The position numbers and the translations under genes are program-made. Positions 25,079 to 43,862 of a stretch of DNA of 64,000 bases are shown here, in pieces (within the stretch, counting starts at the first letter, position 1; every line of letters begins with the position of its first letter). The notes beneath the pieces are model-generated. The model made no database searches. It was given only the letters and a program-made list of their open reading frames with translations, and was not told where the DNA came from. Source of the DNA: Balanoglossus misakiensis (lineage: Eukaryota > Animalia > Hemichordata); assembly GCA_040954595.2 (NCBI GenBank), contig CM082591.2, forward strand, positions 1,711,745-1,775,744. Reading direction: 5' to 3'.

Positions 25079-28000
25079 GTTTAGTATTATTTTCTTGAAG
25101 GGTTGTTGTACACTTTGTTGATTTAAGTTTCAAAACTTCTTGTTCTTGTTTGTTTTCTTCTTGTTTTTTTTGTTTTTTTTCGGAGACGCAGAGAGAGATT
25201 TTAACTCACAGATGAGCCTACTTTTCCAGTCTAAACCACCTGGCGAATAAAACGAAAACACGGTTGAAATATGCGAAGCATCTACTTGATAGAAAGTAAA
25301 ACACAATGCAGCACAGTCCTTCAGATTCTTTCAATGCACAACCGCCATCCTTTTTACAATTGCAATGTCAGCAGAATTTTTTTGTTAATTTTATCATTCA
25401 CCTTGTGATATGCACGTCTGATGTTCTGACACATACACAATACCATGTGGCGACGAACAATTTAAATAGAATGAAAACTTGACTTTATCTGTTATGTATT
25501 AACAGATGATCACCTTTAACAATAGAATGTCCTTCCATCCAGTGAAATATTGTCAGATTAACTAAATGAACTTTAGACTATTTGGAGAGCCTGTCAGTGT
25601 CTACCCATTACTCGAACACTCACACGTAGTAATTGGGCCGTGACGCACTCAAATTTGATTTTTTTTTTATAAATGCCTGGCAGCTGGCCAAACTTGATGA
25701 CCGTACTGTAGTTGGTTGAACCAAGCCTGTCTATAGCATAGTTCGTTGACCTATCCTGACAACTATACCACTTAATATGTTACCTAAAATTAGAGCATGC
25801 ACATGTCATGTGTATTTCAAAGCGCGCCTTTCGGACAAAGTCGTTACAAATTACTTTTACACCATAATAGTTGATTACGCATTCAAAGGTATGCATCATT
25901 AAGTTATATTGGAATAATGCAGAAAAGATTTTCAAACAACACAAGGACAACCTTGCAACAATACAATTCAAAGGTAATGAGTGTCAATCACCTCAGCTGA
26001 AACTGCAATTGTTTTAATTCAGTCCAGTTGCACATTGGTCAGTGGACTTTGAAAGTGGGTCAGTCGACACCCATTTATCAGTTAGGTAACTCCATGTCCC
26101 AATTTTCTAACGACCTCATGCACAGACATGTGGTCGGGCCAGAGATGTAATAGCTTGTCTCTTCATTACTAACAATGTAAATGTAATATGATTATTTAAT
26201 TAGTTCTGCAAGTGTGACATATATATTTTATTCCTTGAAAATAGGTATTTTGCATAAATATTGCAGACAATCCTGGATGGAATTCAGACAGGTGAAACAA
26301 CTCTGGTTAACCTCTTCTCTCGAAACATGGAAGGTTTTAAATAAGTCTGCAATGCTTCTGAATCACTCGAATTCTTCTGGTATCTAGGGTGCATTTTACT
26401 TCAATTCTGACAGAGTACGATTTCCCCTACACTGCTTCCCTAATTAATTAAATCATTCATGTCAAGGTCACCTTGCATAGTCCAGGACACAGACTCTTGG
26501 TCGAGTTTAATGATAAAATTTTGTATAAAGTCGTGTAATAACCTGAAACTGAATATCTACACTTGGAGAAAGTTTGTGGTGACTGATAGTGACATCACTG
26601 ACTATATTATGCGATCTATATCACCCCATTGATTCAACGAAAATCACGCATCGGTGACATGATCGTTCAACCAGGGCTTCACTGGAGCAGACATTCTACA
26701 CATGCTGTCGTGCACACGCCCACTGCTGTTTTACAGTATTCCAACGGTCACAGCGAACACGAAAATAAACTGGAGCTTCCAGGACGAGCTGCAAGTACAT
26801 AGCGTTCATTCCAGAAGTGAAATGAACAGGGCTGTCCATTTCTGAGATAAAACCGCAAAATGAGTGATTGGGGAAACAGAGTGCAAAGGTCATTTCAACA
26901 AGTACGCGTGTAACAACCGGCGTGTCATCGGTCGAAATTTTAGCGTATTTTCCGACCGTGGTATTTTTAAGCAAATGAAAAGGGTTCCTACTCACCGTTT
27001 ATGTAATAGGGAAGCACTGCTTCAATTTTCGGATCTCAATTCTCACAATTCACTGAGGAATCAGCTGGAACTTTGTAAGGAAAAGTCTGTTCACCTGCGA
27101 GTCGCGGTTGTCAAGAAACCGGCAGAGGCATAGGGCGATCCCCAAGGTCATGTGACAGGAAACACGAAACCTTATTGGATGCTTGTATCGGCCCATAGTT
27201 CTCGTATATTCATTTGAACAAGAACGAGATTCGACGGTATTTGGCGTGAATGACTTGGTCGTGTTTCATCATACACTCACATGTGCACACAAGATTGAAA
27301 AGGCACGCATTTCGGTCATATATTTCGCTGCAGTCGTATATTTCAGGACTCTTTTACGCTTCCTAAATTACCATTCCATTCAATTTGAGAGATATCTGTC
27401 ATTTTAAACACACAGTACATTTATGATCTGTGTAGTGTAACTTTCACTTTCAAAGACACGTCATATGTTACACGTAATACACCATTACACGTGTTCAAAG
27501 TATGTGAATACAGCCGCAAGCTAAAACATTGACATATACGGACCACTCAGGTTTTGTCTTAGTGTTTGGCCAAACAGTGCTCGTGTTCCCATAGCCCCCT
27601 TTTGTTTTGTCAAACAAAACGATAGCACCTTAATGACTCATACAGAACACAACAAACCAGGAATTATACTTGAATGGAAGTACTGTTTATTGCAAATGAA
27701 ATACCACAATATGCATCATGTAAAGCTAAATATCCCTGTACAGTGTAATACGACAATGGAAGTGACCGTAAAGGTTGGAAGTTGTATAACAAATTTCAGT
27801 AAACCTAAAACATAAATGCAGCTCATATACACCTACTTTCAGAAGCAAGCAAAGATGGCAAAATTATTTTACAAGCAGTTGCAACGAGAGATTTTCTTTG
27901 TTCTTGGACAGAAACAGCTTATTCAAGTACAGATTTAAAATTCTGGATGTTCACAGAGATTGTGGCCAGCATATGAACCATAACTATTGTATTATACCAT

Positions 28001-28455
28001 CACTTCAAAATCCCCGAAATCATTAAAATGAAATTAAAGCAACAGTTTTAAAATAAGTTACTGAGCTCTGAATATATCTCCAATATTCAAAGTTAAAATG
28101 AAAAAAGTACTTTGGTTTAGTAGCATTTGGATATGTATAATTTTGAAAGCCCCACAATTCCCATCAATATTATTGGCTAGTGTATATTTATGCCCAAATC
28201 TGAAAATCTAGATATTTCAGTGACATTCCTAAAACAGAACCGGCTGAGTTAAGATACACAAGCACTGCAAAATAAAATATGGCTCTAATATATTTCCACA
28301 ATATTAACATCCCATTTTTCCCGATGAAAAAAGCTCTTATAAACTAACAACTTTTCACATAAATAGTCCCATAAAGCTAGTTTCATGTTATTAAATGTTC
28401 TCTACTTAGGGAGTTCATCATCTGACTCCCTATGATTGCAAAGATTATCTTGCAT

Positions 28456-31581
<3,126 letters not shown>

Positions 31582-32823
31582 GTCTCGTTCGATCTCAGTG
31601 CGTAAAAGAAAGAAAGCAAACCGCGTTGTTGGAAGTAGGCATGAAAGTATCTTTCTCTAGATTTTCAATTCCGTACACGTTTATAGAGCGCAGCCATTTT
31701 GATTCGCGAATCATGGGAAAGCTAGGGTGGCTTTCACGCCAAATGACGTTGAATCTCGCTTTTCCTGCGTAGACGAGACTTCAGGGCCAGTCCAATAAGA
31801 TCCCTTGCTGTTATCATATGACCTTCTTACGACCTTGAAGATCACGCTGTCCAAGGCTCCCCTAAGCAAGCGGTATCTGGTAGAGTGATCAGGGTGCTCC
31901 ATCTCCACTCAGGTAAGCTATTTTCCCGGAAAAAGTATCCATTCCAGTGTGTCCTAGTTTGGGATCAGTTTTAATAATCGATAGAAGGAAATGACGCATG
32001 TTATAACACATGCGATTGCCTCAAAATTCATCATACGACTAGTCACAAATTAATGCCGACGCACAACTATTTTATCAATTAATTAATAGTGCGACATACA
32101 TATATTTCTAGGAGTATACATGTACTATATTCGCTTATTCTCAGGAAATTTGTGCTTTTACATATAAAAAGTGCGCAGACTTGACTGGCCAGGTTTACTC
32201 TGCTAAACATGCTAAAGTGGTCAGTTATAATAAGCGCATCGCATTTTTTTCTTTAATTTTCACTCTGGCTAGTTGATATATATAAAGCAAAAGTGGGCGT
32301 GTCCTTTTGTCCGAAGTCACGTGTGTAGAAAAACGATCTGATCGAAGTCCTTTTATCATGATAATTATCAAAGCATTGACGTCATATCACTAGAACAATG
32401 TGCTTAGTTGTATGTATATCAAGGGTCATCAAAAGATTGCATAGATAGAGGTGGTCACTCCAATGACCTCAAGATGACCTAATACAGACGCCCTCACTGG
32501 TACACCAAAGCCCTACCCCACCACCACTACCCCCCCCCCCCCCCCCCCCGAACTTATGAAGGCTTTGTAGGACTGTTATCTTGTGAAGATCAACCCCCGA
32601 GACACTGCTCTTTTTATGATGGCTGTTTATTTTTTTTTCTACAGAGGACTAGCAGAAACAAGATGTGTATGATTCAACATTTCAATTCAAAGGCATATCA
32701 GGGATTTCAAATCAATAACTAAACACAGTTTGTTGACCAATCTATTACCAGAAAGAAATTTAACAAAACAGGAAATTCAGAATTGCTTTGCAAAAAAGTT
32801 TTGAAATCTAACAAAACAAAAAC

Positions 32824-35800
32824 ATGGCACCCAGTATACAGGAGTTCTTTGCTGGAAAGAATGTGTTGATAACCGGCGCGACAGGATTTCTCGGCAAAGT
32901 TCTCGTGGAGAAGTTGCTGCGATGTTGTCCCAAAGTCGACAAGATCTTCTTGTTGGTGAGACCGAAAGCGGGCAACCCTCCCCAGCAGAGAATTGATGAT
33001 ATGATCACTCTAGCAGTAAGTGGTGGTCTGAGATTGCTTGTCTTGTTTTGATTATCTTTTCAAACATATTTGTATTTTTCTAGATCAATGCTGAATGACC
33101 TGTTTTTAACATTTTTTTCCAGCTGTATGACAAAGTGCGTGAGGAAAACCCTGAGGGTCTGAAAAGACTAATTGCTGTGAAGAGTGACATGTTAGAATCT
33201 GGACTTGCACTCAGTGATGAAGACAGAGAGATGTTGAAGAGAGAGGTTTCTATCGTGTTTCATGTAGCTGCCACAGTCAAATTTGATGAAAAAATGAAGT
33301 AAGTGTGTGATCTCCCCCATGTAGATCTTACCATGGTATAACCCTGTAAGCTTTCATAGTTGAACTGGATCTTTTCATTTGCCTTAAAGGGTGGTATAGC
33401 CTTCTGATATTTTGATGACATCAATCTTTTTATTTACAGATTATCATATCGATTAAACGTGCAGGCACTGAGGGAGATGATCAAACTCTGCAAGGATATG
33501 ACAAATTTAGAAGTAAGTCGAATAATTACAGTTTTTAGAAAATTTCTCAGTGTACAACTTGTGTTGGTCCAACCTTACCATAGAAAACAATGGGTTTGGA
33601 CTAAACCATTGTAGTGAAAGGGTTAGACCACAGCTGTTTGGATATGGAAACATTTGGAAACTTGAAGTGTCTTATGGTTATTCCTTTCAGGCATTCATCC
33701 ACACTTCAACTGCTTACTGTAATTGTGACCAAGGATATATTGAGGAAAAGATTTATCCACCTCCGATGGACCATAAAAAATTAGACCAAGCTATGGAGTA
33801 AGTCATTCTTAGTCTCTGAGATAAAAAAGAAACATTTTAGATGTCAAGATTTGTGTTGAAATAAGAAAAGTTACCCAGAATTCAAAGCTAAGACCATGTA
33901 AACGTTACATTGATAACTGCAATATGATTTAAATGAGCAGGACTGAAATGTGTTTTCATTATTAACAGATGGATGGACGATGAAATGTTTCAACTTCTGA
34001 CCCCGAAGCTGCTAGACAAACGACCAAACACCTACACATTCACAAAAGCCATCGCGGAACACGTTCTGGCCGAGGAAGCTGCCAACATGCCTATAGCCAT
34101 CGTGAGACCGTCGATCATTGGGGCGACGTGGAAGGAACCAATCTCAGTAAGTTAACTCAGTTTCTGAAAACAATCCTCAGATTCATCTATTAATGTGGAT
34201 TTTTCTGTTTTAATCAAGTAATAACATTTTTGATTCTTGATTCCAACCTAGGGCTGGATCGATAACTTCAATGGTCCCAGTGGTTTGTTCATAGCTGTAA
34301 GTACCTGCATTGTATTTTATAAAGCACACTTATCATGAAAGCTGTTCAGCTGACAACTCAAGCATGGTCACATATTGTCTGCCATGATCGATGTCTCTAA
34401 ACTGGATAGAATTGAAAAGTGAATTTTCAGAGCTGGTAAAAACAAACAAGGCTTAATATAGCTGAATGGTTTTGCTCTGTTTTTTTTGTGTGCAGTGTGG
34501 TAAAGGTTTATTACGAACCCTGAGAGCTGATGTGAACGCTGTCGCTGACGTCGTTCCAGCTGATATCTCTGCCAACGTAATGGTTTCTGCTGCATGGTAC
34601 ACTGCGGTGCAGAAGTAAGTCAAGAAGATGTTCATGTCTTCGATCTTGAACTTCTTGCTCCTTCTGAATTCACTCCAAGAAAAGAAGACTTGGTGTACAA
34701 CTAGAGGTGTTAAAATAACTGGCCTGTGGGTCCAACAATCATGAGAAAAAAGAGAGGTGAATCTCTTGTTTGTTCACGTCACAAAATTACAGTTTTGCCT
34801 TGTTTTTATCTTTTCCATGATCACACAGACCGGCAACCATTCCCATCTATAATGTGACCACAGGTGGAATCAACCCATTTCGATGGGGAGAGATGGGTAT
34901 GTATAATTTTCATGAATGAAAAATCTATGGAAAACATTGCAAAAATTACCTCATTCAGAAACAGTGGTGCGATACAAAAGCAGCTAAAGTCTGTCAATAA
35001 TAGTACATGTACAGTCAAATCTGTCTATAGTGGCCAGTTAAGGGACTTACCCTGGTAGTCTTTATTGGCCTAACTTTGGTCCAAACTCATTTGAAAAATA
35101 CAGCATTGGTTATGCACCAGCCAGTGTCCACTTTGAGTACTGTTCACATGACATCGTTGCTACGGTAACCATTGCCTGGCAACAGGAGTACCACTTTAAT
35201 ATAAAAGGTCACCTCTGTTCTGTGCAGATCTCATTCCAGGCATATACAAGCGTTTTCCTCTTCATGGCAGCCTTCGACGTCCGCACGGATATGTCACCAA
35301 TAACCCGTAAGATTTCTCAAAAACTGCCAAAGTATAAACAGAATCTGCATTCTTGTTGTAATACAATGGATGCAACTCTTAAATACATGTGCTCTAGCTT
35401 TCCTGAATAACTAAATCGATGTGCTGTAGCTTTCCTGAATAACTAACAGCATGTAAACAGTTATCTTTATCTCACTACAAAACTACTAATAATTTTATTC
35501 ATTTTGCCATGCAAGCTGATGAAATTCTTATTCTTTGCAAAAAAGGCTGCTGTATGTATTAACTCACTACGCATGAGACAATCTTTGCTAACACTATTAT
35601 TGTTTCTGCAATCCACAACTGAGGCCCCTTCGGAATTCTGCCTGTTCACCCCTCTCGGGCAGAATAGATTGGGCCAAGTGGACAGGGCGGTACCAAGATT
35701 CCCAGCATGCCTTGAGCACATTTTTTATGGCAAAATCATTATTAGTTCAACTGTTGTACGCCAGGCATGATCAGTGAACTGGTGCTGCAGGTTTCCACTG

Positions 35801-36880
35801 GTAGCCCACAATTTATGTCAATGTCTTTCCGACTTATTTGACTCTATCACAGGGATGTGGAAAGGAAAAATTGAAAAAAAAGAACAGCAAGATAAATCTC
35901 TTGCTGTCAGAGAACGTTAGTGGAGCGAAAATCAGAAATGTTTATGCAACCTGTAACATGTAATCATGCACCCTTTGTTCAATACAACAATTATCCAATG
36001 TTTTTCAGTGACAGTACATGTATGGCAAAGTGTGTCTACTGGGTCTAATTTTGTCGTCTGTTCTCCCTGCAGAGTGGTTCACGAGTACTGGAACATAGTT
36101 TGTCATAAGATACCCGGCTACGTCTACGATTTCTTACTTCGTCTTGTGGGCAAGAAACCCAGGTAGGAGACCATTACCATTCTGTGATTGATTGATTGAT
36201 TTTGAGTTACGAGTAGAGCATGACAAAATTCTTTCTGTCGCTTGTGAACAGGATGGTGAGGATCTATGACAAGATGATGAAAGCCATGTTGACTCTGGAG
36301 TACTTCACGACCAACCACTGGGAATGGGCCAATGATAACATACAAGCATTGGCTGCGGTCATGTCTGAAGAAGATGGCAAGGTGAGGTTCTGATACAGAG
36401 ACTTAAAGGCAGTGTTGTCCCTCTCTGTCTCTCACTCCCTCCCCCGTCTCTGATTATGTATACTATAGGCCACTTCCATGACCCTTGGGTGAACTTACAT
36501 CGTGGTCTTTGATTCAGTGTTACCGGTACAGACAGCATCCAGTCATGATTGCTATAACCCTGTTATGAACCCAAAACTTTTTTGTTTTCTAGATGTTTTC
36601 ATCCGATGTACGAGCCCTAGACTGGCCTAACTACCTGGAAAACTACTGCCTGGGCACAAAGCGATTCGTCTTGCAGGAAGATCTTGCCAGTCTGCCGCAG
36701 GCCAGAGCTCATCTGAAGAGATTACGAAACATCCGCTACACGTTCAACACAGTGCTCTTCATCCTCATTTGGCGATTCTTGATCGCACGGTCACAGATCG
36801 CGCGTAATCTTTGGTATTTCGTCACAAATCTTTTTGTCAAATTTGTCAGACTCACCAGGTTGACCAGCTCAACAAATTAA
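32824..36880 (+). CDS. FAR1: Fatty acyl-CoA reductase, copy B (exons ~32824-33015, 33123-33298, 33440-33511, 33691-33797, 33969-34146, 34251-34295, 34496-34614, 34829-34896, 35228-35306, 36073-36162, 36252-36381, 36593-36880)
   Basis: [34 protein letters not shown] and the same exon structure as copy A. Reading frame intact across all GT-AG junctions I checked. Confidence 0.93.
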
Positions 36881-37676
36881 ACAGATCAAGTCAGCATCCA
36901 GGGTGTATGTCTTTCTCCCTGTATGACCTTTGACACTAAAACAGGTCAATTAGTATGGCTGCCTTTAGTGGGTCAGAGGTCAAAGGAGTCTGCACTCACA
37001 GTGGGATTTCAGCAGCTCAATTTTCAAATCATGTACTTTAAATTTTCCTAATACGATTAAAACCTTTTCTATGATTCTACATGTATCTAAAATTCCAAAA
37101 ATACTTCATCAAAATTACCCCAAAAAAGAGATAGTATTTCAGAAAGTGACATGTACAGTTTAAATTATTAAAGTTAAAACTATTAACATTATAATTGTCT
37201 ATTTAAAATATTTCAATCTTGAGAGAGTTGCAGCCATGTGATTTGATATGTTATACTAATTACAGTAACTAAGCAAAAAATACAAGTTATTCTTCTCCTG
37301 GCTAGTCCAGGCAAATGTTACCCTAAAGGTACCCAGTGCAATACATGTACTAAACTAAGTACATATTTGTCTGCCTTTAGCCCCACAGGACTGGACTTAT
37401 TCCGTAGTTTGTATTCAAGTTATGTTAAAATAAAATGTTTGCACAACTGCTGTATTAATGTAATATGTTTGTGTCAATTTTGTAGTTTATGACCAATATT
37501 ACTCAGATGTAGATTTTGGTTTCAAGGCATCTTCAAACCACACGACAACAGAGGCTGTCAGTGAAGTAATAATGAATGACCAAATAGACAGCAATCATAC
37601 TCAGAAAAATGGATTTATTTTACTTCCACATATCCAAGACGATATCATCATGTATCTGAGCAAAATGACTGAAAAC

Positions 37677-39345
<1,669 letters not shown>

Positions 39346-39359
39346 GGTGGCACCGAGTT

Positions 39360-39370
39360 GGGAAAGGAAG
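39360..39370 (-). promoter_or_regulatory. TCT / 5'TOP-like polypyrimidine start of RPS13; YY1-like site in intron 1 (39125-39135)
   Basis: Minus-strand CTTCCTTTCCC about 15 nt upstream of the ATG, typical of ribosomal protein genes; AATATGGCGGC in the first intron. Confidence 0.6.
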
Positions 39371-40027
39371 CTTTGAAGGTGACGTGTGCAAAAACTGAGC
39401 TGGTTGAACTCCCATGATGCAGTGCACGGTGTCACTCAGTCGAGTCGACCCACTCAAGCTAGCAGCGAAGAGCAATATGGCCGGCCCTGCCTGGCCGTCT
39501 TATTTCAGCACCGATAAAATTTGTCAGAGACTTTCTCGCACCTTCTTTTCACGCTTTTTAATGTGTGAAAATACATTTTTCCATGTCCTTGAGACAGTAC
39601 AGCTGCGCATGCATCCACAGCTATCTAGCGTACAAGCGCGCCATCACAGGCGATAACGACAAAAGTTCGCATGATCGCACGTGGCATTCTCAGGTATATC
39701 AAAGAAAGCCCTTTTCACGTCTTTTCAAGAATAAAACCAATGGCAGGAAATTAGACCAAAACGCACGGGAAGATAGTTACTGATAACAATGCTGTTCCCC
39801 TGTAATTTAAATTAAATTATGTAAAAAGACCAAATCATAAAACTAGTTTGTGACCTTTTGTTGGTCATAATACGCAAATCCCTGGTGATCAGGCCAGCTT
39901 AAAATTAACCATTTATGTATTTATTTAAGTTTACGACGACTGCAGTGATTTATATATTGCAATAGATGTAGCTCTTAAATTGTAAGTCTCCAACTGCGTC
40001 GTCGACTCGATTTCTGGTGTTCCAGAG

Positions 40028-42632
40028 ATGTTTAGAAAGCGATGGAAAATCACTGCCGTCGCCATCATTATCGTTGGAGCATCACTGTCGCTTCTGGCCT
40101 TCCCGCGAGGAGCGCCGCATCAGGTTGGGCACGATGTTGTCGTCGTTGAAAAAGGGTCGAATGGTAACCATGGAGAGGTAACGCCCAATGGGAAAATTTC
40201 AACACAAAAACCGGAGGTGAGTCGGCCGAGATGTTGTGCCAGTAAATATTTTAACTTTAATACAAAAATCAGAACCGATAACCTTTGAAGCGAAAACCCA
40301 GGATATATCGTCGTGTGTGACCGTTCTCGATTTGAAACGTTCAAAGACAACCACCGTTTACAGTTACTCTTTTAGATTTTCTGATGCGTGAGATGTTTTG
40401 GCATATAAGTTTATTATAATTGCGCCGACATTTTTGTCGTTGCGACTATGTTCAGGAGGAAATGTGACCCGCGAAGTTGTGTAAATCACAATATTTCAGT
40501 AATTCTGATTATACATTATCAGTAAATGTCTCGCCATAAAATGTGGCAACCAATGTATATGGGAATCCGTTTACGATCCTTGGCACAGATGTGCTATAAT
40601 CATACACAGCATGACGCGGCATCATTCAGGATTGCAATTAATCCAAATACATTTTGAAACTGAATATCGGTTTATAGAACCGAAAAACACGACTGGATTC
40701 TAGAATAGATGGCGTATGTTCAAACAATTCAGACATACACAGCCGGATGTCTGTCTAGGTCTGATACTTGCAATACTTTGAAATTCTGTTCCTGCCTGGC
40801 AGTCGTACGCTGTAGACACTATTAATTACCAAGCATGGTGTAAATTGCATATTTATGCACTGAATTAGGGGTTTCGTTACCATAAGCTCGAGATTAATTA
40901 TTCCAACTTTCAAACAGGATCAGACTGTGGAAATTTGGACACCAGGCAACCGATCCAGTCTGCAAAGAGGACTTAACGCATCCATGATATTTGATGGCGC
41001 AGGGGCAGGTACACCAGCGTCACCAACGGTTGCGAAGAGAAATCGCGGCCAACGCTATTTGGTGTCTCTCGTGCAGAACAGAACGGGTCTTGGCAATAAC
41101 GTGCAATATCGTTTCTTCAAGTTAACGGTCGGCCAGGCTTTTATCCACAATAGAACGATTGTAGCGGTACCCTTCTTCAACAATGGCTGTTCGGGCTGGG
41201 GCTATAACCTAGAATCAATGCGACCATTCGAGAAAACGTTCGACACTGAAAAACTAGAGGAGTTGGTTGCTGTGGCAACCATGGATGAATTCAAGCAGAA
41301 TTGTAAAGGAAAAATTAAAATGGCTTTTCAGGAGGATTCAAACAAGTATTTGTATAAGCGTACCATTAGATTTTTTCAAAGTGTGTACGGATTAAACGTA
41401 CCTGCGATCGAAGATGTTTTACCCGAGTCTGAAATGATTCCGCTACTCAGTTCGGACATCGAATGTGTGGTCCTCTTCCACTGTTTCACGGATCCCAAGA
41501 AGAGACTCCCTCTAGCGTTGACAGCCGACGCATTTGCACTTGTAAATGAACACGTCCAAGTTGCCAAAGGAGTTAAGAAGGCAACAGATGAAATATTGAG
41601 GAAGATCCGTGAGTGTGGACGCTTCTTGGCAGTTCATTATCGAAACAGGACAGGAGAAGTGTAAGGAATCTCTGTCTCTCTGTGTCTGTCTGTCTCTCTC
41701 GACTCTCTCTCCCTCTCTCTCTGTCCGTCTGTCTCTCTCTCACTACCTCTTACCCCTTCACCATTTCAAGTATGGTCTCGCCGCTTTACCGTTCCTTCAA
41801 ACCTTCAAAGATACACCCCACGCCGGCATGTGACAGTCTAATAGGCAGTGGTAAATCACCTTTGAACTCTGACCCACTCCTTTCAATTCATTCCAGATGC
41901 ATGTACCGGGAGAAGTGGTCCGAACTCTGCAAGAAGCCCGGCTTTCTGGAGAAAAACGACCAGAACGCTAAAGTTTTGGCGGAAGTCACTTTCGACCTCT
42001 GGCAGAAGGGAAAGTATGACTGCCTCTATGTGGCGCATCCTTCGTGGTCACAGGTACAAGTATATAAGCTTACATCCAAAATATGCTGTACATATATTGC
42101 TATATTTATATCCATTAGGGTTAGAGTCATGTTGATAATAAAATTAATGTTTTTTTTTTCTTTCGTTATCACTGTGACTAATTAATTGTGACATTTATTT
42201 TCAAATCGTAGAAATTCACAGACTTACTAAGTAACCAAATACCCCGGGTGAAAATAATGAATGGAAATGACGTACTGAATATAGAATTAGCGGGAATGGA
42301 CGAGTTCAGAAATGATAACTATTATTTCTCTTTGATGGAGCAAGAAATATGCATTGGTAAGTTTCACCTCACATTTTGGCGAGGATATATCGCGTGATTG
42401 CAAAGTGTCATCTTAATATAGAATAAACTCACGACCATGTCTTCTCCTTTCTTTAGCCGCTGATGGTTTCCTTGGATGGGACATGTCCTATTGGGACAAA
42501 ACAGTGTTTGAACAACGGGAAGGAAGTGGAAGGGGATCGGTGACGTTTAAAGAACTTGGAATGAATGAAGGTGCCATGGAGCAACTGTGGAAACATTACA
42601 ACGAATCGGAGAGGAGAGCGCCTGGCAACTAG
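40028..42632 (+). CDS. O-fucosyltransferase-like (GT-B, POFUT/O-FucT superfamily) type II membrane protein, copy 1; exons ~40028-40216, 40918-41660, 41898-42053, 42212-42356, 42457-42632
   Basis: N-terminal TM (WKITAVAIIIVGASLSLLAF), GLGNNVQY, FLAVHYR, LYVAH, and EQEICIAADGFLG...S, resembling O-FucT motifs I-III. Intact spliced frame. Confidence 0.75.
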
Positions 42633-43170
42633 AACTCTAAATACGCAGGGACAGTGAATCCTGCAAGTAATAGATGATTTACATTCTGAAATGAGTTGTG
42701 ATATTTAGCAATGGCATCAGACGATGGAATATAAGCAAAACATAATTGGTTGATTCTTAATAGTGTTATATGGTTTCAGACTAGACTAGACCACATGCAC
42801 TGGCCACATTTCTGAGATATTAATCAGAACAGAATTGTGAGAGAACTTATCAATTTATCAAATAAAGAACCATGGCTCGTGAAATACAAAATACACCATT
42901 GTATCTTAGTTGAAGACTCACTCCACATCGTAAGCATAATGGAGTCAACATTTTATGAATGATTATGAGTTCTACAAATTGCAATTCAGGAGCTCAGAAA
43001 CAACTGACGTGCACATATGCATTTTATTCAAATGAGTAGCACACCTGCAACATCTAATCGCGTCATCAGCTACCAGGCCACGTGCACCAATACCTCTGCT
43101 CTGAACCTTTTGGACAGTATAAGAGCGAACAGTCCTCCGTGGGAACAGTCAAACTACGGACGAGGACACA

Positions 43171-43831
43171 ATGAATCGCTTTTTGAAAATTACTCCAAAG
43201 CAATGCAGAATCATTGCTTCGGCGGCCGTGTTACTGGCCATACTGATGGTGTTCCCTTATCTGACGTCACACGTTAGAGTCGATCTCAAAATCGCCACTG
43301 GCAACGCCGAGGACAGTGAGATGTCGTTCCGGACTGATCGTTTCTTGCAAACGACGCAGGTGAGAAACTCGCCTAACGTTACCCGATAGACCTTTTTCCG
43401 ATCTCCATGAGACTTGCGAGATCCCGCCTGGTTATAGGCATTTTATTCGTGTTAAACGGCACAAAAGTTACCGTTTCTGTAAAACTGTGCTCTTATCCTA
43501 GTTTCATGCATTGACTTCTATTACTATGGTAATTTACCAAGTCTCTCGAAATCTCGTAATGAGCAGAAAATCATCAATGCGACCGATAAACGCATGTATC
43601 AGTAATTGAGGCAGACAGTGAATCTTAATACAACAACGCGATATAATGAATTTTTACAGTATACAATATGTATGAATGGGCAGGATCAGAAGTCTTTTGA
43701 AAATGTCAAGAAGGGGAACTATAACATTTATGGGTTGTCGCACATGTGGTGGCACAAGTGCGGTAAATCCAGCTTTATCATATCATGTACGTACGCCTGC
43801 TGGACATTTAAGTACATAATGTACTTATGTA

Positions 43832-43862
<31 letters not shown>

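Noticed and set aside
35308-36072. Second, mutually exclusive copy of the divergent exon inside the long FAR-B intron
   Set aside because: No PL..RRP-like frame with compatible splice sites was found.
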